Shown: positions 16,891-27,500 of the stretch, piece by piece
How the letters are laid out: each line of letters opens with the position of its first letter
Position numbering within the stretch: position 1 is the first letter of the stretch
Assembly (NCBI GenBank): GCA_964016885.1
Contig: OZ024746.1
Location: 64,852,001 to 64,916,000 of the forward strand
Direction: 5' to 3'
Source: Eledone cirrhosa
Lineage: Eukaryota
Length of the DNA: 64,000 nt
The notes under the pieces: generated by a model
Told to the model about the DNA's origin: nothing
The model's input: only the letters and a program-made list of their open reading frames with translations
Databases searched by the model: none
Program-made: the position numbers and the translations under genes

Positions 16891-16965
16891 AAATGCATGC
16901 ATGCATGTATGTTCTTCTGTTTATATATTTCTTTTATTAATTACTCACCGATAAAGAGATAGATA

Positions 16966-16966
<1 letters not shown>

Positions 16967-17007
<41 letters not shown>
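16967..17007. repeat. (TG)n(AG)n microsatellite
   Basis: Directly visible. Confidence 0.95.
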
Positions 17008-17077
17008 AAGTCAAAAAGAAGAATTTTACATTGGAAGCCAGACAACTAGGTAATTATGTATATATGTCTGTATATGT

Positions 17078-17178
17078 CAGAGGAGATGACGAAAGAATGC
17101 AACGAGTGGAGAGATGCTGTGCTGGGAAAGACTCGTCCAACCCATGCAAACATGGAAAAGTGGACGTAAACATTATGA
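17078..17178 (+). mobile_element. RTE LINE extreme 3' end (short-UTR type)
   Basis: Translates MTKECNEWRDAVLGKTRPT (cf. [19 protein letters not shown]), followed by the family terminus aacccatgcaaacatggaaaagtggacgtaaa and then (TA)n. Confidence 0.75.
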
Positions 17179-17232
17179 TATATATATATATATATATATA
17201 TAATTAAGTCAGTCATACAAAAGTGAGTTACA

Positions 17233-17261
17233 AACGAAACGAAATTTAATTTCGTTTCGTT
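17233..17261. repeat. Perfect palindrome with 14-bp arms, AACGAAACGAAATT-T-AATTTCGTTTCGTT
   Basis: Arms are exact reverse complements with a 1-nt spacer. Confidence 0.9.
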
Positions 17262-17265
17262 ATTT

Positions 17266-17304
<39 letters not shown>

Positions 17305-17305
<1 letters not shown>

Positions 17306-17400
17306 AGTGAAACTTCCGTTCACAAACTTAATTCCTTTCCGAAAGGCGTTCTCCCCCCAAAATATTCGTAATCCCAAACTATTTTTCCCATATGAAATGT
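17305..17400. mobile_element. Possible Tc1/mariner (pogo/Tigger-like) terminal fragment
   Basis: Starts CAGTGAAAC...aacttaattc.ttccgaa...ttttcccat, resembling Tigger-type termini from memory. No partner TIR found. Confidence 0.35.
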
Positions 17401-17417
17401 TGAAAGAGAAATAAATA

Positions 17418-17435
17418 AATATATATACACACACA

Positions 17436-17471
<36 letters not shown>

Positions 17472-17572
17472 CACACGTGTGTATATATATATATATATAT
17501 ACACACATGCATATAGATATACACACACACATATATATAAAGATATACACACACACAAAAATACATACATAC
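17418..17572. repeat. Compound (TA)/(CA)/(CGCA)n microsatellite
   Basis: Directly visible. Confidence 0.9.
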
Positions 17573-18026
17573 ATATTGTCTGTCAGTTGTGGAGTCTCCT
17601 TACTTAACCATCTCAATTATCATTGAAATTTATGACGAGGATTTGTAAAAATTTTCTGGAATATCAGTGGAACTCAAACGACATTCTGTTGCCATTAAAC
17701 CAAATATCAATATCGATCCATAATGTAACAGTTACACTTTACACTCTGCTTAATTCATCATTGGAGTTAAGAACCACAGTGAGAGAATTGAAATGTATGT
17801 CTACATAGCATTTTTTGTTCATTGACTTTAGTATTAGTTATTGCAGTCAGGTTCACCACACATTTCTTTCTCTATCACCCTCTCTTCTTCCTCTATCACA
17901 TTCTTGCACACACACACACGCACGAGCACACACACACACATTATATATATATATATATATATCTAAGAAGAAACAGTTATATAAAGAAATATATAAGTAG
18001 ATGTATATACACACACACATGTATAT

Positions 18027-18166
18027 ATCATCATACGTCCATTCTTCCATGCTAGCATGGGTTAGACAGGTTGTCCTGTTGTGGGCAATGCTAGGTCGGG
18101 TGACCTCGTCTTGCTCATACGGGAACTGATTTTGACTTGATTTCTACAGCTGGATGCCCTATATGT

Positions 18167-18200
<34 letters not shown>

Positions 18201-19290
18201 ATACTCACTCACTCACTCACTCACACACACATATATACACACATATATACACATATATACACATATATACACATATATATATATATATATAAATTGTTAT
18301 ACTTTGGGAGGGTCATGCTGCCTATAAAAACACATGCACCCCTTAGATTTCACTTCAATTTATTATAAACTCTGTCGGTTAGTTTAATAAGTGTGGACTG
18401 GGTGTTTTTTTTTATTGTGGCACCAAAACAATCACTTTACATTGTGGGCTGGGTGCTGTTGTGAGCACTTGATGCTCTTTTGTCATAATACCTTAAAGGG
18501 AAGGCTAGGTACTTTTTTGTCATGGCACCAGCATGAGCACATTACATGGTGGATAGGAGCTTTTGTTGTGTCACTAGCCTGACCACCTTACAGGGCTGAC
18601 TGAGAACTTTTAGCCATTTCAGCAGCATTGTGGGAAAACATGTTCATCTTTCCATGCTTGTCTATATGGGTTTGTCAAGGAAGGTGCCTCAGATGTGAGA
18701 AGTGGGGATGGGGTTGCTAGTATATGAGGTGGGAATTTGGTGAGGTAGGTCTAGGGAGGTGTACTTAGCTGGTGAAGGGTTGAGTGTTAAGACTTAGGAG
18801 GTGTATGGAAGGGAGTGGAGGAAGGGTGTATATTAGAGACCACTAGACATTGCTTCATGCCCATGGGAATGTGGGTCTTCTGCATTACTGAATAATGCCA
18901 GAGACCTCGATCCTGTGTCATTGCCTTTGAGAGATTGAATTGTGTGAGGTCATCTTTTATCATCTCATCACAAGCTTCCCTAGGTCTTCCCATTCCTTAA
19001 CTTCCATCAGCTCCCTGAACCTTCTCCATCCTATTCTCATTCAGGCTTCTGTACTTTTGGAACACCCACTTCTATTGCTAATTTGGTTAACCAGGTCACA
19101 GAAAATGTCAACTGCTTCTACGGAATCTGCTAAGAATTTTATAGGGCATGTTTCCTGTGAGCTCTTGCTGCTTATTGCTCTTGTGCATGGAACACATGTA
19201 AAACCTACATTCTTTGCTAGCCTACCTGAGATCATGGTACATCTCTTGAGTATCTATTCTAAAAACCAAGGTCTCAAAGATGTTAGCCAG
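18027..19290 (-). mobile_element. Degraded, internally deleted RTE LINE with long 3' UTR, interrupted at ~18161-18390
   Basis: 19041-19235 (GRLAKNVGFTC..DSVEAVDIFCDL..SGCSKST) and 18787-18993 (GRPREACDEMIKDDL..DRGLWHYSV) match ORF 21676-22896. The UTR/tail at 18027-18160 matches 20708-20860. Confidence 0.8.
18293..18385 (-). mobile_element. Terminal fragment of the same Penelope-like family as 62724-64000
   Basis: attgttatactttgggagggtcatg.tgcc.ataa.aaacaca.gcacc...tttcacttcaattta matches the sequence from 62724. Both start at the same point next to (TA)n. Confidence 0.8.
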
Positions 19291-19302
19291 AATGTCATGG
19301 GA

Positions 19303-19520
19303 TCATCATCATCATCATTTCATGCCCGCTTTTCCCTGCTTGCAAGGGTGTGAGGGGTCCTATTCAGCACAGCATCTCTCCATTCGTCATGGTCCTTCGT
19401 GATGTCCTCCATGAGCTTCAGCGATCTGAGGTCAGCTCTCACCACCTCCGCCCATGATTTTTGTGGTCTTCCTCTACTGCATCTTCCTTCTACTGGGATT
19501 TCTTGGCACTTTTTTACCTG
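19303..19520 (-). mobile_element. RTE LINE 3' end, short-UTR subfamily with (GAT)n tail
   Basis: Minus frame VKKCQEIPVEGRCSRGRPQKSWAEVVRADL..DHDEWRDAVL, then the tail (catcatcat on +). Confidence 0.8.
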
Positions 19521-19637
19521 AAACTTCTCATTTGATGAACAGGACTTATATATTTAGGTGCCTCAACATAAAGCACAAACAAATCAACACCAAACCAAAG
19601 CTAACAACAAATTTCAACAAATGTAATCCATAAGACT

Positions 19638-19686
19638 ATACCTAACCATACCTACCAGATACCTAACCATACCTACCAGATACCTA
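19638..19686. repeat. Short 21-bp tandem duplication (TACCTAACCATACCTACCAGA x2.3)
   Basis: Directly visible. Confidence 0.85.
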
Positions 19687-19868
19687 CTACACTAGACAAA
19701 ACATAAAGCTAGTCGCACCCTTCAAAACATACCCAAATACTTCCAGCATAACAACAACCAAAGCTGCACCAATTACTGTTACATGGGTAACGAAGTACAT
19801 GAGGTTACATACAGTCTTTTATTACAGGAAGGAAGGGCATTTAGACTTAGAAACCATGTTAAAAGGAA

Positions 19869-20110
19869 TCATCATTCATGTGCATTACACGTCAATACCA
19901 GAACACTCTTCTCTCTTGTACACTACTTCTGATTCCTCTTATACTCAGTGTCTCACACAGTTCATCCATGCATTATTGTTCACTCACAATAACATCACAC
20001 ACCCATCAAAGTATCTTTGCTTCATTTCTCTCCAGCCTTCACATATTCTCTGTATTCACTATCCATGGTTCACTGCAATGCAGCATTACACTTTGCACAC
20101 AGGTATCATA
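19869..20110 (-). pseudogene. Degraded RTE LINE ORF fragment
   Basis: Minus frame YDTCVQSVMLHCSEPW..M*RLERNEAKIL*W..SIRGIRSSVQERRVFWY*RVMHMNDD, against [54 protein letters not shown]. Confidence 0.85.
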
Positions 20111-20461
20111 TCAAAATTACATATTATACTATATACAACAGGTCAATGACAAAAACAATAAAGATCTGTTTAACCTTTTATTCATTATTCACATTTCTTA
20201 ACTCTCTTAAGATATTCCTAAAAACATCCAGCATAATCATCTTCAGTAAACTGAGACTAATGTTTCTTCATGTATTTACATAAGTTATAGTTTGCTGTCT
20301 TTGTTTATACAGGTTTGCTGTCTCCAGAATGGACTCAGGCTAAATAAATACAACTACAAATACTGATATACCTGCTTTGATATAATCAACAAGAATATGG
20401 ATCTAACATAAGTTTGGGGCTGGGAATTTCATATATATATATATATGTACATATTACATTT

Positions 20462-20493
<32 letters not shown>

Positions 20494-20541
20494 CCATGCT
20501 AGCGTGGAAAATGGACGTTAAACGATGATAATGATGATGAT
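20494..20541 (+). mobile_element. RTE/SINE 3' tail stub
   Basis: ccatgctagcgtggaaaatggacgttaaacgatgataatgatgatg, the family terminus, flanked by TA tracts. Confidence 0.75.
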
Positions 20542-20606
20542 ATAAGTATATATGTATGTATGTCTATATATATGCATGTATATACATATATATATATATG
20601 TGTGTG

Positions 20607-20643
<37 letters not shown>

Positions 20644-20707
20644 CCTGTGTATGTATATATATATATATATACATATATATGTATGCATGTGTATGTATAT
20701 ATATATA

Positions 20708-21155
20708 TCATCATAATCATCATCACCGTTTTATGTCCGTTCTGCCATGCTAGCATGGGTTAGATGGGTTGTCCTGTTGTGGGCAGTGTCCAGTCGGCTG
20801 ACCTTGTCTTGCTCATACAGGAACTGATTCTGGCTTGATTTCTACAGGTGGATGCCCTTCCTAACACCAACCTCATTTACAGTGAGTGCAGGGTGCTTTT
20901 TTTTCCATGGCACCTACACGTCCACTTTACAGTGTGGCCTGAGTGCTTTTTTGCCATGGCACCTTCACGACCACTTTGCTGTGGGAGAGGCCAGGGGCAT
21001 ATTGTCTATATGCTTCAGCTTCGGCTTGTACCCGTGGGGGGTCAGGTCTTCTGTATTACTGCGGGACGCCAGAGGTCACGCCGTGTGTCATCGCCCTTGA
21101 GAGGTGCAATTGGGTAAGGTCGGCTTTTATCACCTCATCACAGGTCTTCTTGGGT
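20708..21155 (-). mobile_element. RTE LINE 3' end with long UTR
   Basis: RPKKTCDEVIKADLTQLHLSRAMT, UTR core ggatgcccttcctaacaccaacc at ~20850, and (CAT)n tail at 20708. Confidence 0.85.
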
Positions 21156-21272
21156 CTATATATATCATCATCATCATCATCATCATCAGGTTTAGCGTCC
21201 GTGTTCCACGCTTGCATGGGTTTGGACGGGGGTTTTCCCACTTGAGGCAAGAGTGGTTGTCTTGCTCGCATA

Positions 21273-21504
21273 GGACTGTCTGGCGGGTTTTCTACAGTTG
21301 GATGCCCTTCCTAACACCAACCACATTTACAGTGTGGGGCTGGGAGGTTTTTACCGTGTTGCCTACACGGCCACATTACAGCGTGGACTGTCTGGCAGGT
21401 TTTCTACAGCTGGATGCCCTTCCTAACACCAACCACATTTACAGTGTGGGGCTGGGAGGTTTTTACCGTGTTGCCTACACGGCCACATTTACAGCGTGGA
21501 CTGT
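21273..21504. repeat. 112-113-bp tandem duplication within the RTE 3' UTR
   Basis: ggactg recurs at 21273, 21385 and 21498, delimiting two near-identical units that each carry the TGCCCTTCCTAACACCAACCAC core. Confidence 0.93.
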
Positions 21505-21675
21505 GTGTTTTTTTTTGTCGTGACACCTACACGATCTCATTTGTTTCAGCCTGGATGTTGTGGGACCAACATAACTTTACATTGAAAGGGGCGGTGTGGA
21601 TGGGGTGAAGGTGGTGGGACGGGGGGGGGTGTTGATAGAGATGCCTACTGACTGTAGTAGGTTTTTACTTTGTAT

Positions 21676-22896
21676 TTAGGTAAGGCGGGTCTTCTCTATT
21701 ACTGAGTACCGCCAAAGGTCTCGGTCCAGTGACATTGTCTTGGAGAGGTGTAAGCGTGTGAGGTCGGAATTTATCAGCTCGTCCCATGTTTTTCTGGGTC
21801 TGCCTACTCCGTGGCTACCGTCTATCTTTATTGCCCTGCACTTTGTTATACAGCTGTCGTCTTTCATGCGCATCACGTGACCGTACCAACGTAGCCTTCT
21901 CTCGAGTAAACAACATCTGATCCCTCTTATTTCTAATTTTTTCCTTAGTTCGTTTATGCTTTGCCGTTCACATATATTACTATTGCACATCCAGCGGAGC
22001 ATGCAAGCTTCGTTCCTCTCTAGTCTGCGTATATCCTCTGCACACAATGCCCAGGTCTCACTGCCATGCAGCATTGCTGTTCGTATGCAGGCATCGTATA
22101 ACCTGCCTTTCATTTTTAGGGAGAACCCTCTAGCGGCTAATAGTGGTATAAGCTCTCTGAACTTTTTCCATCCAGTTCTGACTCTAGCTACTGTACTTTC
22201 AGAGCACCCTCCCCCACTGCTGATTTTGTCACCCAGGTAACGGAAGCTGTCCACTATTTCTATAGAACCCTCTGCGCAGTTGAAGGAGCTAGTATTTTGT
22301 GGGCACTTGCTGCTACTTATTGCACCAGAGCACCGGCCACATGTAAAATCTATGTTCTTAGTTAGCTTACCTGTGATCCCACTACATCTTTTATGCACCC
22401 ATACTTTGCATTTGGGACATAAAATGGAGTTTCTACCTACGCCTTTCCTACACACTGAGCATGGCCATTTCCCAGATGGGACTGCCGCCTTATTTTCTTT
22501 CCTACAAACTAGAACTTTAGTCTTAGCCAGGTTAATTTTAAGGCCTTTTGATTCTAGGCCGTGCTTCCATGTTTGGAATTTCTTCTCTAGTTCGGTCATT
22601 GATTCAGCTATGAGCGTTAGATCATCTGCGTATAGGAGTTCCCATGGGCAGCCGGTCTTGAACTCCTCTGTTATAGCCTGAAGGGCAATAATAAATAGTA
22701 GGGGGCTAAGAACAGAGCCCTGATGGACACCAACTTTTACGCTAAACTCTTCACTATATTCGTTGTTAATTCTAACCTTGCTGACTGTTTCTTTATACAT
22801 GGCTTGTATAGCTCTCACAAGCCATTCGTCAACACCTAGTTTTCTAAGAGACCACCAGATAATGGAACGGGGGACTCTGTCGAAGGCTTTCTCCAT
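21676..22896 (-). CDS. RTE-type reverse transcriptase, C-terminal 406 aa (truncated, lacks the APE endonuclease)
   Basis: Motifs [54 protein letters not shown] and GRPRKTW. Cys/His insert CSVC..CPKC..HKRC..CGRC. No stops. Confidence 0.93.
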   Translation of the reverse strand: MEKAFDRVPRSIIWWSLRKLGVDEWLVRAIQAMYKETVSKVRINNEYSEEFSVKVGVHQGSVLSPLLFIIALQAITEEFKTGCPWELLYADDLTLIAESMTELEKKFQTWKHGLESKGLKINLAKTKVLVCRKENKAAVPSGKWPCSVCRKGVGRNSILCPKCKVWVHKRCSGITGKLTKNIDFTCGRCSGAISSSKCPQNTSSFNCAEGSIEIVDSFRYLGDKISSGGGCSESTVARVRTGWKKFRELIPLLAARGFSLKMKGRLYDACIRTAMLHGSETWALCAEDIRRLERNEACMLRWMCNSNICERQSINELRKKLEIRGIRCCLLERRLRWYGHVMRMKDDSCITKCRAIKIDGSHGVGRPRKTWDELINSDLTRLHLSKTMSLDRDLWRYSVIEKTRLT

Positions 22897-23240
<344 letters not shown>

Positions 23241-23705
23241 CATAAATAGTCATTTCCTACTATAACAAGTGTTAAATTAATATATTTATGCATTGTACTG
23301 TATTTGCTTTGTTGTTTCCATTTACTTTTTCAAATATATATATATATGTATATGTGTGTGCATGTTGAAAAAATTCAGAGAGTGCTATGCCTACAAGATA
23401 GCATAATATCTCAATCCATGAGTCATTGCACCATTCATCCAACATTTACATAGACAGCTTCGTATTAATAAGATTTTGTCTTAACATATTGATTAACAGG
23501 GTTATTGTGTTTCTATAATTCTGTCAGTAGTGTTGTTTGTTCAATGTACATACATACATTTTATATATATATATATATAAATATACATTTATATATATAA
23601 AATATGTAGTTTAGAAAGCCACAACAATGCAGATGGGAAATCTCGAGGTAGGAAGTGAGTGGGAAATAGGAGAAAAGTGCATATATATGTATTTATGCAG
23701 GATTT

Positions 23706-23931
23706 GAATATGCATAGGAATATATATGTATGTACACACACCTACACACAAATGTGTATGTATGTATATGTATGTATATATATATATATATATATTTATT
23801 TATATATATATATATATACTTTTCGTTTAACAATATATATATATATATATATATTTATAGATATGAATATGTATATATATGTATGTACACACACCTACAC
23901 ACAAATATGTATGTATGTATGTGTATGTATG

Positions 23932-23970
<39 letters not shown>

Positions 23971-24085
23971 TCGTTTAACAATATATATATATATATATAT
24001 ATTTATAGATATGAATATGTATATATATGTATGTACACACACCTACACACAAATATGTATGTATGTATGTGTATGTATGTATGTA

Positions 24086-24116
<31 letters not shown>

Positions 24117-24310
24117 TTTCGTTTAACAATATATATATATATATATATATTTATAGATATGAATATGTATATATATGTATGTACACACACCTACACACAA
24201 ATGTGTATGTATGTATATATATATATTTCGTTTAACTATATATATATATATATATATAGATATATATATATATTTATAGATATGAATATGTATATATATG
24301 TGTGTACATG
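23706..24310. repeat. ~148-bp minisatellite (~4 copies) built from microsatellite blocks
   Basis: gtacacacacctacacacaaat at 23732, 23885, 24033 and 24181; cgtttaac at 23824, 23972, 24120 and 24229. Confidence 0.9.
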
Positions 24311-24321
24311 CATACATGCTT

Positions 24322-24376
<55 letters not shown>

Positions 24377-24377
24377 T

Positions 24378-24420
24378 ATCATCATCATCATCGTTGTTTT
24401 GATGTCTGCTTTTCCTGCTA
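24378..24420 (-). mobile_element. RTE/SINE 3' tail ~180 bp upstream of the 23-bp satellite
   Basis: (atc)n-gttgttttgatgtctgcttttcctgctag resembles the tails at 19303, 20708 and 21166. Confidence 0.7.
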
Positions 24421-24596
24421 GGAAGAAGAGCTGCGTGTGTCTACACAGACCAAGTCGGTATAGAAGCAGTGGCTTCTGATCTCTCAGACAAGCCACGGAT
24501 CTGTCGCCTCACTTATGTACACTTTCACATTCTACCAAATGATGTACAGGAGAGGTTGTCATGTCTTTAACACAACTAATTCTCCACCCAGCCCTT

Positions 24597-27500
24597 TGCC
24601 CTTCCTATCACCAACCATTTGCCCTTTCTATCAGCAACCACTTGCCCTTTCTATCAGCAACCACTTGCCCTTCCTATCAGCAACCACTTGCCCTTTCTAT
24701 CACCATCCACTTGCCCTTCCTATCAGCAACCACTTGCCCTTCCTATCAGCAACCACTTGCCCTTTCTATCACCATCCACTTGCCCTTCCTATCAGCAACC
24801 ACTTGCCCTTTCTATCACCATCCACTTGCCCTTCCTATCAGCAACCACTTGCCCTTCCTATCAGCAACCACTTGCCCTTTCTATCACCATCCACTTGCCC
24901 TTCCTATCAGCAACCACTTGCCCTTCCTATCACCATCCACTTGCCCTTCCTATCAGCAACCACTTGCCCTTCCTATCAGCAACCACTTGCCCTTCCTATC
25001 AGCAACCACTTGCCCTTTCTATCAGCAACCACTTGCCCTTTCTATCAGCAACCACTTGCCCTTCCTATCAGCAACCACTTGCCCTTCCTATCAGCAACCA
25101 CTTGCCCTTCCTATCAGCAACCGCTTGCCCTTCCTATCAGCAACCGCTTGCCCTTCCTATCAGCAACCACTTGCCCTTCCTATCACCATCCACTTGCCTT
25201 TTCTATCAGCAAGCACTTGCCCTTTCTATCAGCAACGACTTGCCCTTCCTATCAGAAACCACTTGCCCTTTCTATCAGCAACCACTTGCCCTTTCTATCA
25301 GCAACCACTTGCCCTTCCTATCAGAAACCACTTGCCCTTCCTATCACCAACCACTTGCCCTTCCTATCAGCAACCACTTGCCCTTCCTATCAGCAACCAC
25401 TTGCCCTTCCTATCAGAAACCACTTGCCCTTCCTATCAGAAACCACTTGCCCTTCCTATCAGAAACCACTTGCCCTTCCTATCACCAACCACTTGCCCTT
25501 CCTATCAGCCACCACTTGCCCTTCCTATCACCAACCACTTGCCCTTTCTATCAGCAACCACTTGCCCTTTCTATCAGCAACCACTTTCCTTTTCTATCAC
25601 CAACCACTTGCCCTTCCTATCAGCAACCACTTGCCCTTCCTATCAGCAACCACTTACCCTTCCTATCAGCAACCACTTGCCCTTCCTATCAGCAACCACT
25701 TGCCTTTTCTATCAGCAACCACTTGCCCTTCATATCAGCAACCACTTGCCCTTTCTATCACCAACCACTTGCCCTTCCTATCAGCAACCACTTGCCCTTT
25801 CTATCACCATCCACTTGCCCTTCCTATCAGCAACCACTTGCCCTTCCTATCAGCAACCACTTGCCCTTCCTATCAGCAACCACTTGCCCTTTCTATCACC
25901 AACCACTTGCCCTTCCTATCAGCAACCACTTGCCCTTTCTATCAGCAACCACTTGCCTTTTCTATCAGCAACCACTTGCCCTTTCTATCAGCAACCACTT
26001 GCCCTTCCTATCACCAACAACTTGCCCTTTCTATCACCAACCACTTGCCCTTCCTATCAGCAACCACTTGCCCTTCCTATCACCAACCACTTGCCCTTCC
26101 TATCAGCAACCACTTGCCCTTTCTATCAGCAACCACTTGCCCTTTCTATCAGCAACCACTTGCCCTTTCTATCAGCAACCACTTGCCCTTCCTATCAGCA
26201 ACCACTTGCCCTTCCTATCACCAACCACTTGCCCTTCCTATCACCAACCACTTGCCCTTCCTATCAGCAACCACTTGCCCTTTCTATCAGCAACCACTTG
26301 CCTTTTCTATCACCAACCACTTGCCCTTCCTATCACCAACCACTTGCCCTTTCTATCAGCAACCACTTGCCCTTCCTATCAGCAACCACTTGCCCTTCTT
26401 ATCAGCAACCACTTGCCCTTTCTATCAGCAACCACTTGCCCTTTCTATCAGCAACCACTTGCCCTTCCTATCAGCAACCACTTGCCTTTTCTATCAGCAA
26501 CCACTTGCCCTTGCTATCACCAACCACTTGCCTTTTCTATCAGCAACCACTTGCCCTTCCTATCAGCAACCACTTGCCCTTCCTATCAGCAACCACTTGC
26601 CCTTCCTATCACCAACCACTTGCCTTTTCTATCACCAACCACTTGCCTTTTCTATCACCAACCACTTGCCTTTTCTATCAGCAACCACTTGCCCTTCCTA
26701 TCAGCAACCACTTTCCCTTTCTATCAGCAACCACTTGACCTTTCTGTCACCAACCACTTGCCCTTCCTATCAGCAACCACTTGCCCTTCCTATCACCAAC
26801 CACTTGCCCTTTCTATCAGCAACCACTTTCCCTTCCTATCAGCAACCACTTGCCCTTTCTATCAGCAACCACTTGCCTTTTCTATCACCAACCACTTGCC
26901 CTTCCTATCACCAACCACTTGCCCTTTCTATCAGCAACCACTTGCCCTTCCTATCAGCAACCACTTGCCCTTCTTATCAGCAACCACTTGCCCTTTCTAT
27001 CAGCAACCACTTGCCCTTTCTATCAGCAACCACTTGCCCTTCCTATCAGCAACCACTTGCCTTTTCTATCAGCAACCACTTGCCCTTCCTATCACCAACC
27101 ACTTGCCTTTTCTATCAGCAACCACTTGCCCTTCCTATCAGCAACCACTTGCCCTTCTTATCACCAACCACTTGCCTTTTCTATCACCAACCACTTGCCC
27201 TTCCTATCAGCAACCACTTGCCCTTCCTATCAGCAACCACTTGCCCTTCCTATCAGCAACCACTTGCCCTTTCTATCAGCAACCACTTGCCCTTTCTATC
27301 AGCAACCACTTGCCTTTTCTATCACCAACCACTTGCCCTTCCTATCACCAACCACTTGCCCTTTCTATCAGCAACCACTTGCCCTTCCTATCAGCAACCA
27401 CTTGCCCTTCCTATCAACAACCACTTGCCCTTCCTATCAGCAACCACTTGCCTTTTCTATCAGCAACCACTTGCCCTTCCTATCAGCAACCACTTGCCCT

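Larger units (their letters stand above)
21166..22896 (-). mobile_element. 5'-truncated RTE-clade non-LTR retrotransposon (ORF + ~500-bp 3' UTR + (GAT)n tail)
   Basis: RT ORF (next feature), UTR 21189-21675 and tail 21166-21188. The 5' end abuts (TA)n. Confidence 0.92.

Noticed and set aside
17575-17810. Possible host exon in unique sequence
   Set aside because: No recognisable protein and early stops in the frames tried.
20300-20410. Possible splice acceptor (tatacag|gttt) and exon
   Set aside because: The frames checked stop early and no donor or homology is evident.
21956-22681. Plus-strand ORFs of 94 and 133 aa
   Set aside because: Antisense shadows of the RTE RT ORF.
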